A stretch of 64,000 nucleotides of DNA. It comes from Sulfurovaceae bacterium (lineage in GTDB: Bacteria; Campylobacterota; Campylobacteria; Campylobacterales; Sulfurovaceae). Under the pieces are notes generated by a model. The model did no database searches, was not told the DNA's origin, and was given only the letters and a program-made list of their open reading frames with translations. Below, piece after piece: positions 38,113-52,203 of the stretch (position 1 is its first letter; each line of letters opens with the position of its first letter). Location of the stretch: NCBI GenBank assembly GCA_965215705.1, contig CBDCEE010000008.1, positions 226,001 through 290,000 on the forward strand, read 5' to 3'. The position numbers and the translations under genes are program-made.

Positions 38113-39393
38113 CAATATCTCCCGTACCACAGCCCTATCATCAAAAGGATGCTTCACCCCTTTGATCTCCTGATAGGTCTCATCGCCTTTACCCAGTATC
38201 AATAAGACCTCATTCTCTTCAAGTGTCTCCAGTGCCATCTTGATAGCAAGCTTTCTATCTGGTGTGGCAGTGACATGCTCTTTGCCATTAAGGCCTACCA
38301 AAATATCCTCCAGGATCATCTCGGGTACTTCACTACGCGGATTGTCGCTGGTGACATAGATCTTCTTGGCAAATCTACCTGCTACGGTACCCATACGAGG
38401 ACGTTTCTCACGATCTCTATCCCCACCTGCACCAAAGACCACAACAATGTCTCTGTCTTTCATCGCATTAAGCACTTGGTACATCCCGTCATCAGTGTGG
38501 GCAAAGTCCACGATCACCAGTGGATCACGACTTACCACCTCCATGCGACCTGCCACACCACCAAAATGTTCTACTACCTCACACACCTCCGATAGAGGTC
38601 TACCTGTCAGCATCACAACAGATCCAACTGCGGCCATGAGATTGAAGAGGTTAAACAGCCCCACCATCGGAGAGTGAAATGTCTCTTCTTGATCCAGATA
38701 CTTGAGCCCTACCGTCAATCCTTCTTGCATGGCAAAGGCCTGCACCTTGAAAGTCGCAGGCTCATCTACCCCATAAGTCAAGGCGTTTTTAGGATTGAAG
38801 GTGATATTTTTGATATCATCTTTATTCATCAGCTTCGGTGTTTCATTCTCGAAAAAGAGACCTTTGACCCGGCGATACTCCTCTACTGTACCATGATAGT
38901 CCAGATGATCTCTAGTCACGTTGGTATGGACCTTAAGCGCAAAAGAGATCGACTCTATCCGCTTCTGATCTATGGCATGAGAACTCACCTCCATGATGAA
39001 GTATTTGCATCCCAGCTCCAGAGTCTGCTTCATATGATAAAGTGTCTCCAGGATAGAAGGTGTGGTCATGGACTTCTCTTCTATTCGCTGCTCCTGAGCG
39101 AACAGGCCTCGTGTTCCCTGTAACGCAGGCTTCTCTCCCAGATCAAGCAAGAAGGAGTAGATCGCAGCAGTCACCGTAGTCTTGCCATTGGTGCCCGTGA
39201 CACCTATGACCTGCATCTGCTCCAGTCCCCATAGTCGGATCAGCTCTTCTGGCGTGATAGATGTCGGCTTCTCCTCCATCATGTCAATATACTTCTGGTT
39301 CTGTGCGGTTTGGAGAAGCAGTGTCTCTGTGTCCAGCAGACTGGTATCGTCAGTGAGGCAGAGATAGCCTTGATAGTCAAAAGAAAGTTTCAT
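38104..39393 (-). CDS. murE: UDP-N-acetylmuramoyl-L-alanyl-D-glutamate--2,6-diaminopimelate ligase
   Basis: 429 aa. It has the P-loop GVTGTNGKTT and the DAP-specific TSDNPRSE (DNPR) motif. Confidence 0.9.
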   Translation of the reverse strand: MKLSFDYQGYLCLTDDTSLLDTETLLLQTAQNQKYIDMMEEKPTSITPEELIRLWGLEQMQVIGVTGTNGKTTVTAAIYSFLLDLGEKPALQGTRGLFAQEQRIEEKSMTTPSILETLYHMKQTLELGCKYFIMEVSSHAIDQKRIESISFALKVHTNVTRDHLDYHGTVEEYRRVKGLFFENETPKLMNKDDIKNITFNPKNALTYGVDEPATFKVQAFAMQEGLTVGLKYLDQEETFHSPMVGLFNLFNLMAAVGSVVMLTGRPLSEVCEVVEHFGGVAGRMEVVSRDPLVIVDFAHTDDGMYQVLNAMKDRDIVVVFGAGGDRDREKRPRMGTVAGRFAKKIYVTSDNPRSEVPEMILEDILVGLNGKEHVTATPDRKLAIKMALETLEENEVLLILGKGDETYQEIKGVKHPFDDRAVVREILSR

Positions 39394-39395
39394 GA

Positions 39396-39968
39396 TTAGT
39401 CTTTGTCGATAAGTTGGTAGAGTGCGTAGATATCCTGTGTGGCACCAAAGTGTCCGGAAATAGAGTCTAGGTACTTTAACGCAATCTCTTGATACTCTGC
39501 TGAGATAAGACGCTTAATAAAGTCGATAAACTCTTCTTTGGTAGTGATCACCACCTTGGTAGAGAACATGATATCTTCGAATGCTTCTCTAAAGTCACCC
39601 TTGCTTTCAATCAAGGCAACAAAATCCTGATAGCTGATACCATCCTGATACTCGATCTGCTCCTGCATGGCTCCCACTACCTGCTCTTGAACAATAATAC
39701 GTGTGGCATAGATCGTTTGCGAAAGCTCATCAATGATCTCTTCGGCATCGTCACTGGAATTTTTGATCGCTTGATAATAATCAAAAAGAGCTTGGGCATC
39801 ATCATCCAGATCAAATCCCATATCACTGAGGTATGCCCCCACTTTGGCATCTTTAAGTTGTGGATAGTCTTTTAATAATAGCCCATATATTTTGAGAGCA
39901 TTACTGTAGTCTTTGTTCAAAAACTGCTCTTCTGCTCTCTGTAATAAAATATGCTTGCTTGTCATCAT
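39396..39968 (-). CDS. Hypothetical acidic protein
   Basis: 190 aa, 3 nt downstream of murE. The N-terminus is TPR-like. I recognised no family. Confidence 0.4.
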   Translation of the reverse strand: MMTSKHILLQRAEEQFLNKDYSNALKIYGLLLKDYPQLKDAKVGAYLSDMGFDLDDDAQALFDYYQAIKNSSDDAEEIIDELSQTIYATRIIVQEQVVGAMQEQIEYQDGISYQDFVALIESKGDFREAFEDIMFSTKVVITTKEEFIDFIKRLISAEYQEIALKYLDSISGHFGATQDIYALYQLIDKD

Positions 39969-40073
39969 TATCCTGCTCTTTGGGGTATCAGGAGATATCT
40001 AAAGATATCCCTTCACGTATATTCTTCCCTATTTTAACATATTTCCGTTAATACAAGTCGTCTCTGATACTTT

Positions 40074-41045
40074 TTATGCCATACCGCCTTTGAGCTTCAT
40101 CTTTTTCTCCCATCTGTGTCCAATATAGGAGAGTATGGATGTAATAGCAAAATACATCGCAGCAACAATCAGCCATGTCTCGAACGGAGAGAAGGTATTG
40201 GCAACAATTTCTCTTCCTACTTTGGTCAGATCTGTAATGGAAATGACTGAAACCAAAGAAGAGTCTTTCACCAATGCAATCACTTCACCCACCAATGTGG
40301 GAAGCGCCCTTTTAAGTGCTTGGGGCATAATGATCGAACCCATAGTCTGGGTATAGTTCATCCCCAGAGATTTGGCTGCTTCATACTGCCCTATATCAAT
40401 AGACTGAATCGCCCCCCTCAATACCTCTGCGATATATGCACCATAGAAGAGCCCTAGAGACATTGCGCCAGCATAAAATCTTGGCATATCAAAAATCGTA
40501 GCGATAATAAAGTAGAAAATGAAGATCTGCACCAGTAGCGGTGTGCCACGTATCACTGTAATATATGCCGAAGCAATATACTGTAAAACAGGGTATTTGC
40601 TGATACGCATAAATGCCAAGAAGACCGCAATTAAGAAGGCAAGCAACCCACCTAGTCCTGATATCTGCAGGGTAACAATCAAGCCATTAATCAAAGGCCC
40701 GGCTACCCAGTGGGTCATCTCCAAGATAGCATCTCCTTCATAGATATCATCACCATCTTCAATGACAAGCTTATAGTTATCCTCAATACCATAACGCTTT
40801 TTCTCGCCCTGTGCTCCAGAAAGTACGACCTGCCCATCCTGTATCGTGATAATACCATCAAAGTCTGCAGATAGAGACTCTACCTTCTCATACGCAAAAT
40901 ATTTTGGTACACTATTCCACTTCCATGAATAGTTCATATTACTTGCTGCATAAAAAAGACTAAACGCAAGCAACAGATAGAATCCTATAGCACCTAGTTT
41001 ACCAAATAATGTACTTTCTAAGAGCCCTTGGCGATGTTTTGGCAT
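40074..41045 (-). CDS. Polar amino-acid ABC transporter permease
   Basis: 323 aa. It has an EAA-loop region (EAAKSLGMNYTQTMGSIIMPQALKRALP) and an extended N-terminal periplasmic segment. Confidence 0.8.
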   Translation of the reverse strand: MPKHRQGLLESTLFGKLGAIGFYLLLAFSLFYAASNMNYSWKWNSVPKYFAYEKVESLSADFDGIITIQDGQVVLSGAQGEKKRYGIEDNYKLVIEDGDDIYEGDAILEMTHWVAGPLINGLIVTLQISGLGGLLAFLIAVFLAFMRISKYPVLQYIASAYITVIRGTPLLVQIFIFYFIIATIFDMPRFYAGAMSLGLFYGAYIAEVLRGAIQSIDIGQYEAAKSLGMNYTQTMGSIIMPQALKRALPTLVGEVIALVKDSSLVSVISITDLTKVGREIVANTFSPFETWLIVAAMYFAITSILSYIGHRWEKKMKLKGGMA

Positions 41046-41048
41046 AGG

Positions 41049-41855
41049 TTACTGTACTTTCTTAAGCCACTTACTGTCAATCATCCACTTTCTGTAGATC
41101 TTCTCATATCTGCCATCATTTTTAACTTGATAAAGGAAGTTATCCAACCAGTTTAGAAAATCAGGATCACCCTTGCGTACTGCCCAACCAAAAGGCTCAA
41201 ATGTCAAGTCTTTGTCCCAGTGCACGATACCTTTTCCACCTTTTTTTGCCATAAAGAGTACATTATATGGCTTATCATAGATAAAGGCATCTGCCTTGCC
41301 GTTAAGCACTTCCTGTGCTGCATCTGCCTCTGTCTCAAAGGTTCTTATCTTGGCTTTTTTAAACATTTTTCTGGCCGCGATCTCACCTGTAACACCCAAC
41401 TTGGTGACAATGGTATATTTAGGGTCATCAAGCTCTTTCCATGTTTTAGCCACTGCTGCTACTTTTTCACTCACGATAAGTGTCTGCCCCGCAGAGATAT
41501 AGGGGCTGGCAAAGTTGACTTTGAGATTTCGTTTTTGGGTCATGGTCATCCCTGAGGCGATCATATCATATTTGCCCGTAAGCAGCCCTGCGATGATACC
41601 ATCCCATGCAGTAGGTACCAACTTGAGCTTGACACCCATCTCTTTTGCCATCATTTTGACCATATCCACATCAAAACCAATAATATTACCTTTTTTGTCT
41701 TTCATCTCAAACGGCATATATCCTGGCTCCAAGCCTACACGAAGCTCGCCTCTCTTAACGATAGCATTGAGTGCTGAATCCTCCCATACTTTTGAGGCAC
41801 CTGCCCACGCTGTTAGATTGAAAAGCACAACCAGTGCCAATAAAAACTTTTTCAT
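41049..41855 (-). CDS. Amino-acid ABC transporter substrate-binding protein
   Basis: 268 aa with a signal peptide. The type-3 SBP pattern is present (GFDVDM...., WDGIIAGL..GKYD). Confidence 0.8.
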   Translation of the reverse strand: MKKFLLALVVLFNLTAWAGASKVWEDSALNAIVKRGELRVGLEPGYMPFEMKDKKGNIIGFDVDMVKMMAKEMGVKLKLVPTAWDGIIAGLLTGKYDMIASGMTMTQKRNLKVNFASPYISAGQTLIVSEKVAAVAKTWKELDDPKYTIVTKLGVTGEIAARKMFKKAKIRTFETEADAAQEVLNGKADAFIYDKPYNVLFMAKKGGKGIVHWDKDLTFEPFGWAVRKGDPDFLNWLDNFLYQVKNDGRYEKIYRKWMIDSKWLKKVQ

Positions 41856-41938
41856 CCTATTCTCCTTTTCTTTTTTTGATCACAGTGATGATAGTGACCA
41901 TAAAACATTTATCAAATACTTTATGCTCACTATCTGCA

Positions 41939-42694
41939 TTAATGGGTGAGTATCTCTTTAAGAAAAAGTTTGGCGCGGTGACTTTTGGGGCGCTCAAAAA
42001 ACTCTTCAGGCGTATCTTCCTCTATGATCCTGCCTTCATCCATAAATACAATTCTATCACCTACTTCTTTTGCAAACCCCATCTCGTGTGTTACACAGAC
42101 GATAGTATAATTTTCACTTGCCAGAGAGCGCATTACATCCAATACCCCGCCGATCATCTCCGGATCGAGTGCAGAAGTTGGTTCATCAAACAAAATAATC
42201 TTAGGCTGCATTGCCAAAGTTCGGGCAATTGCAACTCTCTGTTTCTGTCCTCCGCTCAATGCAGAGGGATAATCATGTGCTTTATGCTCCAAACCTACTT
42301 TTTTCAGAAGCTCCATCGCATAGGCTGATGCTTTCTCTTTTGAGTTCCCCTTTACTTTGATCTGCCCAATACTCGTATTTTCCAAAATGGTTAGATGGGG
42401 AAATAGATTAAAATGCTGAAATACCATGCCCGCTTCTGCTCTTATCTGATTGAGGTTGGATTTTTTATCATAGATATTTTCACCATCAACAGTGATCTCA
42501 CCATCATCAATCTCTTCCAGTCTATTGATACAACGTATCAGTGTCGATTTTCCACTTCCACTGGACCCACAGATCACGACAATTTCACCCTCTTTCACAC
42601 TAAAGTCAATCTTTTTCAGTGCCTGAAAATCCCCAAAAAATTTATTAACATTACACATCTCGATGATATTTTCATCCATACTTGCCCCATTCAT
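41939..42694 (-). CDS. Amino-acid ABC transporter ATP-binding protein
   Basis: 251 aa. It has Walker [10 protein letters not shown], the signature LSGGQKQR and Walker [12 protein letters not shown]. Confidence 0.9.
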   Translation of the reverse strand: MNGASMDENIIEMCNVNKFFGDFQALKKIDFSVKEGEIVVICGSSGSGKSTLIRCINRLEEIDDGEITVDGENIYDKKSNLNQIRAEAGMVFQHFNLFPHLTILENTSIGQIKVKGNSKEKASAYAMELLKKVGLEHKAHDYPSALSGGQKQRVAIARTLAMQPKIILFDEPTSALDPEMIGGVLDVMRSLASENYTIVCVTHEMGFAKEVGDRIVFMDEGRIIEEDTPEEFFERPKSHRAKLFLKEILTH

Positions 42695-42775
42695 CTTAAG
42701 TAGTACAATTATATTGAAACATTACTAAGACCCTAGATAGTTTATGAATTATTTGAATACATAATCAAAATACAA

Positions 42776-43849
42776 CTACTCACCAAGATATTTATGTTTG
42801 ATCTTCTCCCACTCTGCACTGCTAATAATCTCTAGCATCTCTCTGTTAATGCGTTCACGCAATGGGCTGCTTTCAGGCAATGCAATACCATAATTCTGGC
42901 TTTCAAATAGTGCCTCAGTGACCATAAGATCTTGTGGATATTTTTCCTTGATCATATAGTGTAGCAACGGTGCATCATATACCATAGCATCTACGCTACC
43001 TTCTTTGATAGCAAGCAAGCCCTCCGATACATTTTTGACATAGCGGGGATAGATTCTTCGATTCCGCAGATAGATATCACTGACAGAGTGTTTGACGCTT
43101 GCCACTTTTCCTCTGGCAAGGTCCTCTGGCATTGAGATCAATTGTTCCATTTTCGCCACTGTCAAGGTAGAGGCTACACCAGCAATAATAGAAGACACTA
43201 GTAAAAGTGATGCAAACATCCAAAACAGTGCGATCATGCGTCCGCCTAATGTCTTGGGAGTCATATCCCCATAGCCCACTGTGGTCATGGTAACCGCTGC
43301 CCACCATATTCCACTGGCAATCCCTTTGATAGGATTGGGATTAAAATTTTCAGGGTTTCTTTTCTTCTCCAAAATCCATGTAATAGTACCTATTATCAAT
43401 AGAACAAATGCCAATACTGAAACAATTACCAACATTTTATAAGAGAATAAACCCTGAATAACTGTCCACCATCCCTCTGAACTTTTTTTGGGAATGGCAA
43501 TACTGAGTCCTGTTGTATAGTAACTATGGGTAAAATCAAACTTTGTCTCACGTTCTGCAGTAATCGTAATCGCAGCAATACCAATATCTAATGACCTATC
43601 TGCTACACCATCTAGCAATGACTTAAGTGTATGTTCTCGCCATACATACTTGATATCCAGCTTCTTAGCAATAAGATCCCAAAGCTCAATACTAATCCCC
43701 TCCCAGTGCCCTTCTCTGTTCTTCATAGCAAATGGCGGTGCAATTTTTGTGCCAACCAAAAGTACTTTATCTGTAATGATTAGTGGAGAGGCATGCAAGA
43801 GAAAAAATGAAATCATTGTCAAAAAAATATATCTAAAAAAAATATTCAT
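42776..43849 (-). CDS. GluR0-type ligand-gated potassium channel (SBP lobes S1/S2 interrupted by M1-P-M2)
   Basis: 357 aa. SBP-like halves flank two TM helices and a pore loop with the K+ selectivity sequence TMTTVGYGD. Confidence 0.75.
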   Translation of the reverse strand: MNIFFRYIFLTMISFFLLHASPLIITDKVLLVGTKIAPPFAMKNREGHWEGISIELWDLIAKKLDIKYVWREHTLKSLLDGVADRSLDIGIAAITITAERETKFDFTHSYYTTGLSIAIPKKSSEGWWTVIQGLFSYKMLVIVSVLAFVLLIIGTITWILEKKRNPENFNPNPIKGIASGIWWAAVTMTTVGYGDMTPKTLGGRMIALFWMFASLLLVSSIIAGVASTLTVAKMEQLISMPEDLARGKVASVKHSVSDIYLRNRRIYPRYVKNVSEGLLAIKEGSVDAMVYDAPLLHYMIKEKYPQDLMVTEALFESQNYGIALPESSPLRERINREMLEIISSAEWEKIKHKYLGE

Positions 43850-43925
43850 GTTGAAAGTATAACGAAATAAGTAAAGAAATAAAAAGAGGTGGGGATAAAA
43901 ATAAAAGATAAGAGTAATGTTTCAA

Positions 43926-44042
43926 GATGGCACTGACCTACATTCCCACAGACGTAGCCTGCAGTATTATCGGCGCTGGGAGGCTTGACTTCCGGGTTCG
44001 GAATGGAGCCGGGTATGACCCTCCCGCTAGCAGCACCACCAA
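43926..44042 (-). rRNA. rrf: 5S rRNA
   Basis: The reverse complement shows 5S helix I ends and the conserved CCGAACCCGGAAGTCAAGCC-like core. It lies downstream of the 23S gene. The ends are good to about 5 nt. Confidence 0.85.
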
Positions 44043-44215
44043 GAAAAGGATGAACACCTGAGTGTACATGCTTTTCTTGGGGATTGAAACATTTACTTGT
44101 TAAGAGTTTTTAGTTAACTTTTCATTGTTAAGAGCCTAGGTAATGTTGCGCGATTACAATCTTTCTTGCAAATACTCTATTAAGTTTGCACTTAATAAGG
44201 TAGTGCCAATGAAGA

Positions 44216-47092
<2,877 letters not shown>

Positions 47093-47494
47093 GTTAATCT
47101 AAGGCACTACCTTATTAAATGCAAAATAAGTCATCATAGTTATGATTCATTTCTTTTGTTTCAATAAGTTTGAAGATATCTCTATCTTCTGAATACATTG
47201 CTGTATTCTAATGAGTTTTTCGCTTGGAAGAATAGTTACCATATTGCTATGGCTTCTGTTCTTGTTAAATTGTAATTCGTTTTATGACAGTTAATAAATT
47301 AACTCTCATGCAACATTACGTTAGACTCTTAACAATGATAAGTTAAAAAACATTTAGACATTAAAGTCTAAAAGAAACTCTCTTTAGAGAACTTCTTTTA
47401 AACTTTGTATATTCGTATATTAGTTATTGGTCTATTGGTACATCCCAATATACTAATAACCAATATACCAATTAACATGAAGCTTCGCTTCATC

Positions 47495-47570
47495 TGGTGG
47501 AGAATAACGGGATCGAACCGATGACCTCCTGCGTGCAAAGCAGGCGCTCTCCCAGCTGAGCTAATTCCCC
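47495..47570 (-). tRNA. tRNA-Ala (anticodon TGC)
   Basis: 76 nt: GGGGAATTAGCTCAGCTGGGAGAGCGCCTGCTTTGCACGCAGGAGGTCATCGGTTCGATCCCGTTATTCTCCACCA. It has the G3:U70 pair and an encoded CCA. Confidence 0.95.
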
Positions 47571-47577
47571 AGAAATA

Positions 47578-47654
47578 TGGTGGGCGTACCAGGACTTGAA
47601 CCTGGGACCTCACCCTTATCAGGGGTGCACTCTAACCAGCTGAGCTATACGCCC
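47578..47654 (-). tRNA. tRNA-Ile (anticodon GAT)
   Basis: 77 nt: GGGCGTATAGCTCAGCTGGTTAGAGTGCACCCCTGATAAGGGTGAGGTCCCAGGTTCAAGTCCTGGTACGCCCACCA. Confidence 0.95.
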
Positions 47655-47791
47655 CTTTTTACATTGGCTTGTCAAAGAACACGATCCATGATCTTTGACA
47701 ACCGAATAGTTTGTCGCACAATCAACACGTCTAAAAATGGTTGTTATTTGTTGGCAATGTCATTGTGAGACGACATTGCTTATACTCTTGA

Positions 47792-49303
<1,512 letters not shown>

Positions 49304-49519
49304 AAAATGAAATGGTTTGAACCATTTGTCAGAATCACTTAAAATATCTATCTTTAAGTCTCATCTATCTAATTTGTTACGAACAAATTAGTAAAATCAA
49401 AACCCAAAATAGACGGTTGATTGTTTAACTTATATTCGGTTGTCAAAGATCATAAACTTTCGTTTAACCACTCCACTCTCTCATCTACTCAGACAAGGTC
49501 TCTGTGTTTGTGGACGCGT

Positions 49520-49548
49520 ATTATAGCGGCTAATCCTTTAGTTGTCAA
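49520..49548 (-). promoter_or_regulatory. rRNA operon promoter with consensus sigma-70 elements
   Basis: The minus strand reads TTGACA-(17 nt)-TATAAT, with TTGACA at 49543-49548 and TATAAT at 49520-49525. It lies about 215 nt upstream of the 16S gene. Confidence 0.7.
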
Positions 49549-49719
49549 GGGTTTTTGACGGCTTTCTTGAAATTCATCAAAAAAAGTCTTTTTCTTCTCT
49601 CCTCTTATGCTTTATATATTATATAGTAAGTATAAAAAGGTGCTTCTTTCTTTTCTCATTATTCTACATTAATCTTATTTGACTATACTTCAGCCATCAA
49701 TTAACTGTAAGGATTACAT

Positions 49720-50412
49720 ATGGCACTCTATGATAGAGATTATACACAGGTAGCAGACGCTACCCATGCTGAAGTAGAGGTGAGTACCTCTGTGGCATTT
49801 ATGAAGAAAACATACCAACTGCTCGCTGCGAGTATGGTAGCAGCCGCAGCGGGTGCCTATATGGCGTTACCTCATGCAGACATCGTAGCACAGTACCATT
49901 GGTTCTTTTTTGGATTTATCATTCTCATGCTATGGTTTGGTTTTTCTGCTGTACGTCACAATTATACCTTGAGCCTGATTGCGCTCTTTGTCCTGACCTT
50001 CGTCATGGGCGCATGGCTCGCACCTATGATCTCCATGTTTGTACAGACAGGTCGTGCCAATGTCGTGGGTAATGCTTTCCTCTCCACTGCCGTTCTCTTT
50101 GGGGCACTCAGTCTTTTTGCTATCAATAGTAAAACAGATTTTTCAAGCTGGGGGAAGCCTCTTTTCATCACGATGATCGTCTTGTTTGTCATGTCACTGA
50201 TCAACTATTTTGTTTTTAGCAGCCCAATCATGGGTATTTTGATCTCAGCTGGTGTACTACTACTGTTTTCCATCTATACGATCTATGATACGCAAAATAT
50301 TGCCAATGGTGCCTACGACTCACCTGTAGATGCCGCAGTGTCCCTTTTTGTAGACTTTTTTAATATGTTTACTGCACTATTACACCTGCTTGGTATCTTT
50401 GGCGACGACTAG
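49720..50412 (+). CDS. BAX inhibitor-1/YccA family membrane protein
   Basis: 230 aa with 7 TM segments and a characteristic C-terminus (FTALLHLLGIFGDD). Confidence 0.8.
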   Translation: MALYDRDYTQVADATHAEVEVSTSVAFMKKTYQLLAASMVAAAAGAYMALPHADIVAQYHWFFFGFIILMLWFGFSAVRHNYTLSLIALFVLTFVMGAWLAPMISMFVQTGRANVVGNAFLSTAVLFGALSLFAINSKTDFSSWGKPLFITMIVLFVMSLINYFVFSSPIMGILISAGVLLLFSIYTIYDTQNIANGAYDSPVDAAVSLFVDFFNMFTALLHLLGIFGDD

Positions 50413-50498
50413 ATTTATCACCCTTTCAATGTTATTTCGATATAATCGCTCGATTTATTGAAATACAGGGTGAGAGCCCCTTCATACAGAGGAACATA

Positions 50499-50846
50499 AT
50501 GACTTCAACACTTATGATCGTTCAGATAATTTTAGCCGTTGTAATTACTATAGCCATACTTTTACAAAAAAGTTCAAGCATAGGTTTAGGTGCATACAGC
50601 GGAAGCAACGAGTCACTTTTTGGTGCCAAAGGGCCTACAGGTTTTTTATCAAAATTCACTTTTACACTGGCACTTCTTTTTGTGATCAATACACTGGCAC
50701 TCGGGTATTTTTACTCTAAAGAGAATAGCGCCTCTGTTGTAGATACAGCCACCACAACCAAATCTGCTGTACCTGCCACTACTGAAAAGAAAGTATCTCC
50801 TGCTCCTGCAGCCCCTGTAGCCCCAGCCCCAGCCCCAGCAAAATAA
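50499..50846 (+). CDS. secG: Preprotein translocase subunit SecG
   Basis: 115 aa with two TM segments and the LLQKSSS.GLG motif. The tail is Pro/Ala-rich. Confidence 0.8.
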   Translation: MTSTLMIVQIILAVVITIAILLQKSSSIGLGAYSGSNESLFGAKGPTGFLSKFTFTLALLFVINTLALGYFYSKENSASVVDTATTTKSAVPATTEKKVSPAPAAPVAPAPAPAK

Positions 50847-50945
50847 CCTCCAAAAACAGTATACCACTATGCAGTCTCCCGCTGTATAGTGTGAGAATAA
50901 GTAAAATTAGAGTAAAATATCTCAAATTCTTCCAAAGGAAACAGA

Positions 50946-51503
50946 ATGCTTAATGCAGTATATGATGATGCGACAGAACATATGGAGAAGAGTATCGAAG
51001 CAATGAAACGTGAATTTTCAACGCTTAGAACCGGTAAAGTAACCACTGCCGTCGTGGATCAGGTCAAGGTAGACTACTATGGCACACTTACACCTATCAA
51101 CCAGGTAGGTAATGTGATTGCTATGGATGCCACAACTATCTCTATCACGCCTTGGGAAAAGGGGCTGTTGGGGGATATAGAAAAAGCGATCCAGGAAGCA
51201 AATATCGGTGTCAACCCAAACAATGATGGAGACTTTATCAAACTTTTCTTTCCTCCCATGACCGTAGAACAGAGACATGAGATCGTCAAGCAGGCTAAAG
51301 CGATGAGCGAAAAAGCCAAAGTCGCGATCCGTAATATCCGTAAGGATGGCAATGACAAGGTCAAAAAGCTGGAGAAAGAAAAAGAGATCAGTGAGGATGA
51401 TATGAAAAGAGGCCTCGATCAAGTACAGAAGATCACCGATGACACTGTCAAAAAAATTGAAGAAATTCTCGCCGCTAAAGAAGCCGAAATTCTCAAAGTA
51501 TAA
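50946..51503 (+). CDS. frr: Ribosome recycling factor
   Basis: 185 aa. EFSTLRTGK and IRNIRKD motifs are present. Confidence 0.95.
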   Translation: MLNAVYDDATEHMEKSIEAMKREFSTLRTGKVTTAVVDQVKVDYYGTLTPINQVGNVIAMDATTISITPWEKGLLGDIEKAIQEANIGVNPNNDGDFIKLFFPPMTVEQRHEIVKQAKAMSEKAKVAIRNIRKDGNDKVKKLEKEKEISEDDMKRGLDQVQKITDDTVKKIEEILAAKEAEILKV

Positions 51504-51505
51504 CT

Positions 51506-52114
51506 ATGGACTTAGAATCCATTTATAAAGAAGCAGATGCCTTACTCGATGGGCATTTCCTACTTGCCAGCGGTAACCACTCTGGCAGATATCTACAGAG
51601 TGCCAAAGTACTTGAGTACCCAAAAAAGGCTTCGCTCCTCACCGATGCACTGGCAAAAATGATCCAGGATGCGGGCATAGCCGTCGACACTGTCTGTGCT
51701 CCCGCACTGGGAGGCGTATTGGCAGGCTATGAACTTGCCAGATCGCTGGACGTACGGTCAATATTTGTCGAGAAAAAAGAGGGGGGCATGGAACTCCGCC
51801 GTGGCTTTTCCATCAAACCCGGTGAAAAGATCATCATCTGTGAAGACATCATCACCACAGGTGGTTCTGCACTTAAGGCCGCCAAGGCAATTGAGGCTCT
51901 CGGAGGCGAAGTGGTGGCTTTTGCTTCACTTGCCAACCGTGGTTTCTGCAAAAGAATAGGGGGTATCAACCATACCAAACCTGAATGTGCTCTTCCAGAG
52001 GATATCCCTCTATTTGCACTGGATGACTTTACTTTTGAAATGTATGCACCAGAAGCGTGTCCTCTCTGCAAAGAGGGAGAGACAAAAGCGATCAAGCCAG
52101 GGAGTAAAGGCTAG
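51506..52114 (+). CDS. pyrE: Orotate phosphoribosyltransferase
   Basis: 202 aa with the PRPP-binding loop [13 protein letters not shown]. Confidence 0.85.
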   Translation: MDLESIYKEADALLDGHFLLASGNHSGRYLQSAKVLEYPKKASLLTDALAKMIQDAGIAVDTVCAPALGGVLAGYELARSLDVRSIFVEKKEGGMELRRGFSIKPGEKIIICEDIITTGGSALKAAKAIEALGGEVVAFASLANRGFCKRIGGINHTKPECALPEDIPLFALDDFTFEMYAPEACPLCKEGETKAIKPGSKG

Positions 52115-52203
52115 ATCCTTTTCCGGTTAAAATCTCCAAAATAACATAATTCTCACATAAAACTACGCTATAATCATAGTATATTCATCAAAAAGAGTCT
52201 ACT

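Noticed and set aside
47436-47490. ATTGGT/ACCAAT-rich imperfect palindrome in the 23S-tRNA-Ala spacer, possibly related to the heptamer arrays.
   Set aside because: The spacing is 8 nt and irregular, and the segment lies inside a pre-rRNA spacer where processing hairpins are expected. The resemblance is too weak to claim.
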